Of a DNA stretch of 64,000 nucleotides, positions 54,943 to 64,000 are shown piece after piece. The position numbers and the translations under genes are program-made. Within the stretch, counting starts at the first letter, position 1. Every line of letters begins with the position of its first letter. The DNA comes from Camelus ferus (taxonomy: Eukaryota): contig NC_045701.1 in the NCBI RefSeq assembly GCF_009834535.1, positions 20,584,001-20,648,000 of the forward strand, written 5' to 3'. The notes under the pieces were generated by a model. The model was given only the letters and a program-made list of their open reading frames with translations, did no database searches and had not been told where the DNA came from.

Positions 54943-57900
54943 ATGTGGTCATTGCCGGCCAGTGAGGGCGANNNNNNNNNNNNNNNNNNNNNNNNNNNNN
55001 NNNNNNNNNNNNNNNNNNNNNNNNNNNNNNNNNNNNNNNNNNNNNNNNNNNNNNNNNNNNNNNNNNNNNNNNNNNNNNNNNNNNNNNNNNNNNNNNNNNN
55101 NNNNNTGTCCCCTGTCAGAGAGCATTGAGATTCCACTGGATGGAGACAGCCCTCTGTTCTTTCCAGATGCATAGACTCCCTGTTATAAACAGGCCCTATC
55201 CTAATTAAGGGGAAGCGCAGTGGAAATTGGTTAAGCTGCCTCTCTTTGAAGCCCGTGCCCTCATGCCTTCCTCCTGTTGTCTTGTGATTATTGGTTCTCT
55301 GACTCTGCTGCCTGAGTACACATTTCCTACCATGGCCATGGGACCCCCTACAGGTACCCCAATCAAAGAGGCCTGAGTTGGGAGACCCTTTACCACATAG
55401 ATCCGAAGTCCTGGCAAGAAATTCTGTGCTCTAAGGAGATGAGACAGTGTTCCCTGATAGGGATGGTTTCAGTGGGAAGTTCCTGAGTTCCTGACAGCTC
55501 TCCCTCTGTGTAGCCTCCTGAACCTCAGATCATTGTTGGCATCTGTGCCATGACCAAGAAATCCAAGTCCAAGCCAATGACCCAAATCCTAGAGCGACTC
55601 TGCAGGTTTGACTACCTGACTGTTATCATCCTGGGAGAAGATGTGATCCTCAATGAACCTGTGGAAAACTGGCCATCCTGCCACTGCCTCATCTCTTTCC
55701 ACTCCAAAGGTTGGTGTCTGTGAAGGAGAATGGGAAGGAATGGTGTTGGGAATGCTGGACTGGGAAGTGAGGTTCTGACTGTCAAGTGGTAAAGATGTCA
55801 TCAGCTCTTCCCAGCACACTAGAGAACAGTGCACAGGGAACTTCTTTCCCTACATCCTGGAGGAGTTGCTGGGGGACACTTTAAAGCCCATATTCAGATC
55901 TCAGGACAGCTCTAAGATTCTTGGAGTCTCTGACAGAATTGGTCCCTGGAAGGATCCTAAAAATAGTTTTTTACTTTTTCCTGTTGGATATTTTAGACTT
56001 GAGAAATTGTGAGGGAGGGAGAAGATGGGTTGGTTGGGTAAAGGACCCAGGGGCAACGAATAGCTTTAATACGTCTCTCTATTTCTCTTGCTGTTTTCTC
56101 ACTCTGTCTGTTCACTTTCTTTCTTTGGTCTGTTTCCTTTCTCCCTCCCAGGCTTTCCTCTGGACAAGGCTGTTGCTTACTCCAAGCTTCGAAACCCTTT
56201 TCTTATCAATGACCTGGCTATGCAGTATTACATCCAAGATAGGTATAGCTTTCTGTTGACCGGTGGGATGGGTGGCCCTGAGATCATGCCTGTTTAGAGA
56301 ACCTATTCTGGGAGGGGCAGAGTCAAACAAACATGCTTAATTGCTTAATTTTTGTACCATACCCTGTTGAGTTCTGTACATGGATATCTCCCAATTCCTG
56401 AGTGAGTGAAATCCCCAGCCTCTCCCCTGGTCACCATCCCCCACCTCTCCCNNNNNNNNNNNNNNNNNNNNNNNNNNNNNNNNNNNNNNNNNNNNNNNNN
56501 NNNNNNNNNNNNNNNNNNNNNNNNNNNNNNNNNNNNNNNNNNNNNNNNNNNNNNNNNNNNNNNNNNNNNNNNNNNNNNNNNNNNNNNNNCCTGCCTTGCT
56601 TTCTGTGACTTAGCCCAGTTTTCCATCCTCTAGACATCTATGTACCACCCATCTCAGTAAGGCTTTGGTTACTGGATTATGGGTAGAGCTAGAGCCATAG
56701 GTCTTTTGACAGAACCTTGGACTTCTCATGTAGATATTAATGATCGTATCTACTACTAAGATATGGTCACGGAAACTTGAGGGTTATGGAGAGTAAAATT
56801 AAGAGAAATGGGAGTTGATATTAATAGGCCCTAGGAATGACTATACACCTACCTTTCAGAGTGCAACCTGATAGAAGGTGAAGACCAGGTAGAGGTAAAT
56901 GGAGCCGTCTTTCCCAAGCCCTTCGTGGAGAAGCCAGTGAGTGCAGAGGACCACAACGTTTACATCTACTACCCCAGCTCAGCTGGAGGAGGAAGCCAGC
57001 GCCTCTTCCGTAAGGTGTGGGAGACATTTGAGCATTTGAGGACTCAGAGAAATAGATGAGAATGAGGTTGTAGGGAGAGAAGCCAGAGGATTTGGGGACA
57101 AGTTAGAGGCAACACTTTTTTTTTCCCCTTTTCTCCTGAAGATTGGCAGTCGGAGCAGCGTTTACTCTCCTGAGAGCAGCGTCCGGAAGACAGGGTCCTA
57201 CATCTACGAGGAGTTTATGCCAACAGATGGCACAGATGTCAAGGTTATGGTGGATACAGGGATTTAAGAGGTTATAAATGTCTGGGTGGGATGGAGTGCT
57301 TGGTAAGCAAGTGGAAATGTATGGAAGGGGTCATAGACAATAAAGTGTGAATATGATTGGCTTTCATATTCAGGCGAAGATAAGGAGTTGGGAAATTAGA
57401 TATTTATATCGTCATTATCAGAGTGAAGGCAAGGGTCGTGTGGGGAATGGGATAATGTTGGTAAGTTATTTCTTAATAAGTAGTAGATGACAGTGCTGGA
57501 CTTTCAAGGAGAAACCTTCATAATGATGCTTCAGTAGAGCTCAGTAAGAAAAATGTCAGTCTNNNNNNNNNNNNNNNNNNNNNNNNNNNNNNNNNNNNNN
57601 NNNNNNNNNNNNNNNNNNNNNNNNNNNNNNNNNNNNNNNNNNNNNNNNNNNNNNNNNNNNNNNNNNNNNNNNNNNNNNNNNNNNNNNNNNNNNNNNNNNN
57701 NNNNNNNNNNNNNNNNNNNNNNNNNNNNNNNNNNNNNNNNNNNNNNNNNNNNNNNNNNNNNNNNNNNNNNNNNNNNNNNNNNNNNNNNNNNNNNNNNNNN
57801 NNNNNNNNNNNNNNNNNNNNNNNNNNNNNNNNNNNNNNNNNNNNNNNNNNNNNNNNNNNNNNNNNNNNNNNNNNNNNNNNNGGAAGGCCCGTTGGCGAGG

Positions 57901-60900
57901 GGGCTGTCAGGGCGGTGCGGCGGGGGGGGGGGGGGGGGCGCTGTGGAATGACAGAGAGATGGGAGCAAGGGGGCCCTGGGAGGGAAGAGTGGCTCTCTTG
58001 TTCTCAGCTTGCCTCTTTCCCCTGCAGCANNNNNNNNNNNNNNNNNNNNNNNNNNNNNNNNNNNNNNNNNNNNNNNNNNNNNNNNNNNNNNNNNNNNNNN
58101 NNNNNNNNNNNNNNNNNNNNNNNNNNNNNNNNNNNNNNNNNNNNNNNNNNNNNNNNNNNNNNNNNNNTGGGCTGGGGAGAATGGGCTTAGAGAAGGGAAT
58201 TAGAGTTTTTATTTTACAGGCATACCTCATTCTGTTGTGCTTTGTAGATATTGTGTATTTTACATACTGAAGGTTTACATACTGCATTGAACAAGTCTAT
58301 TGGCGCCATTNNNNNNNNNNNNNNNNNNNNNNNNNNNNNNNNNNNNNNNNNNNNNNNNNNNNNNNNNNNNNNNNNNNNNNNNNNNNNNNNNNNNNNNNNN
58401 NNNNNNNNNNNNNNNNNNNNNNNNNNNNNNNNNNNNNNNNNNNNNNNNNNNNNNNNNNNNNNNNNNNNNNNNNNNNNNNNNNNNNNNNNNNNNNNNNNNN
58501 NNNNNNNNNNNNNNNNNNNNNNNNNNNNNNNNNNNNNNNNNNNNNNNNNNNNNNNNNNNNNNNNNNNNNCTGTAAACATTTATACGCACTGGGAAACCAA
58601 AAAATTTGTATGACTCACTTTATTGCGATACTTACTTTTCTGTGGTGGTATGGAATTGAACTCACAATATCTCCAAGGTATGCCTATATTTTAAGTATTG
58701 CAAAAATGATTAAACAATGAAAAAGGAAAGTAGAGAAAGGGTCCTTAGCCCTTTTTACCTTCCCAACACTGCACCCCCCCCAGAGGTAACTACGGTTAAC
58801 TGTTTTAGACATAACAATATGTCTTTTTTCTGCCATGTGTAATAATAAACTATATTTATTGTACTAAGTGTGATCATACTGCAATACTGTTTTATAACTT
58901 GACTTTTAAAAAATTCATCATGTAGTATTTAAAACATTTAAAAATGTATGAGGAATGATGTATATGGTGAGTATCCATGTATTTACCATTGAGCTTAAGA
59001 AATAAAATATTAAGAATATATTTGAAGCCCCTACATACCCCTTACTAATAACATCCCCTTCCCTCCCACCCAGAAGCAACCACAGTCCTTCATTTGGTCA
59101 TTCTCATGTATTTATTCATATCTTTATTATGTATATGGGGTTGGGGTTTTTTTGGCATGTTTTTAGACTTTATATTAATGTGTTATTCTCCAACTTGTGA
59201 CTTTTTGTGAGCTTCATTCACACGTGTAGCTCTGGTTTGTTCATTTTCACATGGCTTCTTCATATTTCTCCTTCTAGGAACACCATAATGCGGGAGCTTG
59301 CCCCGCAGTTCCAGATCCCATGGTCCATCCCCACAGAGGCTGAGGACATTCCCATTGTCCCTACCACATCTGGCACTATGTGAGCAAAAGTAGAAGTTAA
59401 AAACCTGGAGCAACCTACTTCAGGCATCTTAGTCAGACCAGTGATACTTCCTGACCCTGTACCGTCTGACTAGTGGATCCTACTTGTGTCCCTGATCTCA
59501 GATAGTTTTCCCTCTGTTCCTTGACATGTTGAGTAGGATGGAGTGGCAGGTGGTGTGGGGTGGGATAGGGGAGAGGTGCTAACAACATTCCCTGTCATCT
59601 CAGGATGGAACTTCGTTGTGTCATTGCAATTATCCGTCATGGGGATCGTACCCCAAAGCAGAAGATGAAGATGGAGGTGACACACCCAAGGTAGGCAGAG
59701 TATCCTGATCTAGACAGATAGGGTTTTGTGAGGGAAATGAGGAGGGGCACCTCCCAGAGGCTTTTGTCTGTCTCACCCCATACTGAAGCTTCTTCTTATC
59801 TTCAGGTTTTTCAGTCTATTTGAAAAACACGGTGGCTACAAGACAGGGAAATTAAAACTCAAGCGGCCAGAGCAGCTACAGGTAAGGCTGGGAGGAGCCG
59901 TGCTATGGGAAAGATAGAGGGTATGGGATTGGGGGCCTCGTTGAGAGACCAGGCTGAAGGGGTAACCAGCGAAGACTTGGCCTCCTGCATGGATACCCTA
60001 TTATCTCCCCTAGGAGGTGCTGGACATCACAAGGCTGCTATTGGCTGAACTGGAGAAAGAGCCAGGTGGTGAGATTGAGGAGAAGACTGGGAAACTGGAG
60101 CAGCTGAAGTCTGTGCTGGAGATGTGAGACAGGGGAGAGGACAGGGAGCCAGTAACAGTAAGAAGCGATGCTGGGCTAGAAAGTAAACTGTGAGTTTATT
60201 CTGCAGGTACGGTCACTTCTCAGGTATCAACCGGAAGGTGCAGTTGACTTACTACCCTCATGGAGTAAAAGCTTCTAATGAGGGGCCAGGTGAGATGTAA
60301 TGCCCCTTCCCATTACCACTCACATCTTTTATTCTTGAGCCCTTAGGCGACCTCTACCCCCAATTATCTTTCTGGGCTCCTCAGAAGACCTAGCATTTAG
60401 ATATCCCCACTGTTTTCTTTGGATCTAGACCTATTCACTGCCCCTTATTCCTGCAGATCCNNNNNNNNNNNNNNNNNNNNNNNNNNNNNNNNNNNNNNNN
60501 NNNNNNNNNNNNNNNNNNNNNNNNNNNNNNNNNNNNNNNNNNNNNNNNNNNNNNNNNNNNNNNNNNNNNNNNNNNNNNNNNNNNNNNNNNNNNNNNNNNN
60601 NNNNNNNNNNNNNNNNCAGAGCTGAGATAAGATGATTAGAGAATAAGTTGGGGAAAGGAAGGGACAGAAACAATGGGGAAGTTAAAGGAGAAGTGATCAT
60701 TCTTCCTTGCATTTGCATATTTATAGCCATACATTCCTGGTTCTCCCCTTTGCCCCCAGGTGACTATGCTGGCTTCCCTGGTTGTGGGCTGCTTCGTCTC
60801 CATAGCACTTTCCGCCATGATCTCAAGATTTATGCCTCTGATGAGGGCCGTGTCCAGATGACTGCTGCTGCCTTTGCTAAGGTGCGCACCACAGCTCTCC

Positions 60901-63802
60901 CACAGTCCCAGCTTCCGTTAGGTAGAGAAGCAGCGTTTGGAGAACTAGTTGGGAAATTTCAGGGTGTTTGTGTGCCAGCTCAGAGAATTTTCTGCTTGTG
61001 TCTGACCCCATTCTGTACTACTGAGAATAATTAGTGGGGTAGGCCCCTTGACCTGTATCCCAGCCACCAAGCCAGCTCTCGTTTGAGCTTTAGAACCATC
61101 TAGGCCTAGCGGAACTAGACTGGAAGGAAAACTAATAGACTTTTTGCTTCCCCTCCAGGGCCTTCTAGCTCTGGAAGGAGAGTTGACACCCATTTTGGTA
61201 CAAATGGTGAAGAGTGCCAACATGAATGGGCTCTTGGACAGTGACGGCGATTCCTTGAGCAGCTGCCAGCACCGGGTGAAGGCTCGGCTGCACCACATTT
61301 TGCAGCAGGACGCACCCTTTGGCCCTGAGGATTATGATCAGGTCAAGCTCTTCCTATCTTTGTGCCCAGCACACCCCCAAGCCCACATTCTTAGTATTCT
61401 AAATAGTAGTGGTCAGTAATGGAACTTACTACGTGGCAGGCACTCTTTTCCATGCCTTCCATTCATTTAATCATTTAGTCCTTACCCTTTGAGGTAACTA
61501 TGGGTCCACAGTCTGTTATCCACAATTTCAAAAATCAAATCAAAAAGATTTTTAAATAACTTTGCCACAAAGATTCATTTAGCAGCAAAACCGGACATGA
61601 TAAGACTCTTAAGTGTAAATAGTCATACATTTTGTTGCAGAAATATAAATGTGTTTGGTTATGCCCGCGACCCTTCTGGAGGTATTATATAACACATGGC
61701 ATATGTACTGTATTAACTTCTTAAAGTCTGAAAAATTCTCAGTTCCAAAATACAGCTGGTCCCTAGGATTTTGAATGGAAGAGTATTTCAGTTACCTATT
61801 GCTATATAAAAAACTACCCCCAAACTCAGTAACTTAAAACAGCAACCATTTTATCATCTTACTCACAGTTCTAAGCTCAACTGGTCTTGCTCAAGGTCTT
61901 TCCTAAAATTGCCCAGATGTCCAGACGTTGGGGCAGGAACCGTCTGGCACGTCTGGAGGCTCAGCTGGGTTGTCTCCCTCTTCATGATCTCCCTGTAGTC
62001 TCAGAACCTCTCCTCTCCATGTGTTTTTTCCATGTGGTTTCTCTAGCATGGTAGTTGGATGGGTTTCATAAATGGTAGCATAGGACTACTCCAAAGCAGA
62101 GGAGCTTTCACGCTTTCTTAAAACAAAGGCCCAGAATTAGCACAGCAAAACTGTTATTTTTTTTGTGGGTTAAGCAGTCACAGGGCCAGCCCAGATTCAA
62201 GGAAAGGGGAGTGTGACAAAGAGTTAAAGGCCATCTTTAATCCACCGAAAGAGCTGTGGACCTGTACTATTTTCTCCCTGTTTTACAGATGAGGAAGCCT
62301 AGGTTTTAAGCAGCCTTTCCAAGGTCACCCAAGGAATCTCACTCAAGAGCCCAGACTGTTGGGCCCTGTGATATACTGCCTCACAGTATTAATCACAGTG
62401 GATGCCACTACCCAATGCCATCCTTTTTCCTGTGTATCCAGGCTATGATTGACTGGGGATCACATGCCAGACAGTGATTTTCTATCCCCCTCCCACTCAT
62501 AGCTCCTCATCTCATTACCGTTGTGTAATTATTTCTGATGGATGCTCTAAGCTAAGTAGCAGAGCACGTTGCCCGGAGAGTGGCATTTTCTGTGTTCGTC
62601 CCTAAGCAGGACTTGGTAGGGGTAGGCAGGACCTTGCTCCCTTATTTCCCAATCCATTGCTCAATGTCAAATCCAAAAAAGCTATGGCACCTTTTCTTTT
62701 CCTTGCTTCCTTTTGCCAACAAGAAAGGATCTTGTGAGGACTGAGGTAGAATGAGTGCATTCAACCTGCAGTCTCCTCCCCGCTCCCCATTCTTCCGTGA
62801 CTGCAACTGTCCTAAAAGCTTGCCTTGGAATGTAGTTCTGAGGCAGCACCTCTGTTCTAGGTTCAAGCTAGCATCTTGTTTAGAGGAATAAGATAATGTT
62901 ATCATTATTACCCACTCATGAAAACATTCTGTGGGGAGATTTCAAGGGATTTTTGGTTTAATCTTTATTCCCAGTATTTTCCATGCATATTTTAGAATCC
63001 CCAAGAGAAGAACCTAGATCTGTTTTATTTCCTCTGGACTCCAAGGTTTTTAAGATCAAGCCTTTTTAAATGACTGTGCTAGAGGAGTCCCCTCATCTGA
63101 ACTGCTAGTATTCCCAGTGGTCTAAGAATGCTCATTGGAGTGTGCCGGCAGACAGAGCTTATTTTCCGGCACTCTGTAAGCGCACAGAACTTTGAGCAAT
63201 TGGCCCTGAGCCCATCTTGCTGTTCCTCTCCCTCTTCTCCATAGCTGGCTCCCACGGGAAGCACTTCCTTACTCAACTCCATGGCTGTTATCCAGAATCC
63301 CGTGAAAGTCTGTGATCAGGTATTTGCCCTGATTGAAAACCTGACTCACCAGATCCAGGAACGGCTGCAGGATCCCAGGTCTGCAGGTGGGTTTGAATAT
63401 TACTATCTTTCTTCCAAGGTTTTATGTATGGATGGGTTTCTCAGGCAATCCTGTGTCCTCTCCTACATGTCTGAGACCAGGCATCCTCTTCTCTCTGGTT
63501 CTGCTTCAGACTGGCTAGGATCTTTGGTGAGGGGTCAAATCTTTGGCTCTCTCTGACTGTCATCCATCTTCCTTCCAGACCTGCAGCTCTACCACAGTGA
63601 GACACTAGAGCTAATGCTGCAGCGCTGGAGCAAGCTGGAGCGTGACTTTCGACAGAAGAGTGGGCGTTATGATATCAGTAAGATCCCTGATATCTATGAC
63701 TGTGTCAAGTATGATGTGCAGCACAATGGGAGTCTGGGACTTCAAGGCACAGCAGAGTTGCTACGTCTCTCTAAGGCATTGGCTGATGTGGTCATTCCCC
63801 AG
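54943..63802 (+). CDS. PPIP5K1: Inositol hexakisphosphate and diphosphoinositol-pentakisphosphate kinase 1, 5' part. Coding exons 54943-[gap], 55514-55709, 56152-56242, [gap 56452-56589], 56860-57014, 57142-57243, [gap 57563-57881], 58028-[gap], 59278-59379, 59604-59690, 59806-59881, 60014-60123, 60207-60289, 60457-[gap], 60760-60881, 61159-61341, 63245-63386, 63579-63802; continues past the window end
   Basis: MWSLPASEG..., ATP-grasp kinase segments ([51 protein letters not shown]), histidine phosphatase motif RHGDRTP, and [14 protein letters not shown]. Phases are consistent across visible exons; five exons are wholly or partly N. Confidence 0.96.
57922..57938 (+). repeat. G17 homopolymer in a PPIP5K1 intron
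   Basis: 17 consecutive G within GGGCGGTGCGGC(G17)CG. Confidence 0.85.
58217..58686 (+). mobile_element. Internally deleted Tigger1 derivative (about 470 bp) with TA target duplication; centre is N
   Basis: TA|CAGGCATACCTC...GAACAAGTCTATTGGCGCCATT [N] ...GCACTGGGAAACCAAAAAATT...TTTATTGCGATA...CAATATCTCCAAGGTATGCCTA|TA. Confidence 0.85.
61505..62265 (+). mobile_element. MER46C-like Tigger MITE split by a MaLR (MLT1-like, - strand, about 61786-62248), itself inside a MIR
   Basis: MER46C-like start CAGTCTGTTATCCACAATTTC, body to ...GGATTTTGAATGGAAG, then an LTR-like TATTTCAGTTACCTATTGCT...CCATCTTTAATCCACC, then the MER46C-like end GCTGTGGACCTG. MIR halves lie at about 61400-61500 and 62266-62360. 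Confidence 0.6.
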
Positions 63803-64000
63803 GTGTGTCTCACAGAAGGGATCAAGCCTGGGGATAGGGGCACTGGGGAAGAAAGGAGAGAAAAGGTAGAAAGGAGGGGTGGTGTGGGAACCAAGGGAAG
63901 GAAACTTAGAGAAGGAATTCGTTGAGTTGCTACAGTTCTTCTACAAGTCCACCCTGGCTCTGAATAAGCCCAGGAGGCTAACTGAGGAGAAACCTGGAGA

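Overview
Mammalian genomic DNA, orthologous to the human 15q15.3 DFNB16 / deafness-infertility locus. Three tRNA-derived SINEs resemble the camelid family, so a camelid source is likely. Gene order is PDIA3 (-, exons 1-3 only) <CpG island> CATSPER2 (+, complete, 525 aa), STRC (+, complete, 29 exons, 1767 aa), CKMT1 (-, convergent with STRC), PPIP5K1 (+, 5' part, runs off the window). All exon boundaries were read by hand: every fully sequenced intron is GT-AG and reading phases join without frameshifts. Comparisons to human proteins are from memory, not from a database search. The block appears single-copy (ancestral state), with an intact CATSPER2 head-to-head with PDIA3. There are no prokaryotic features, CRISPR arrays or true tRNA/rRNA genes, and I found no convincing novel protein-coding system. 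The most unusual signals are: (i) 7 of 8 N-gaps fall on CKMT1/PPIP5K1 coding exons; (ii) a candidate spliced uORF switch in the PPIP5K1 5' UTR; (iii) several odd 3' splice sites in CATSPER2 and STRC; (iv) non-conservative changes around the CATSPER2 pore; (v) ERSE-like and ERRE motifs in the promoters.
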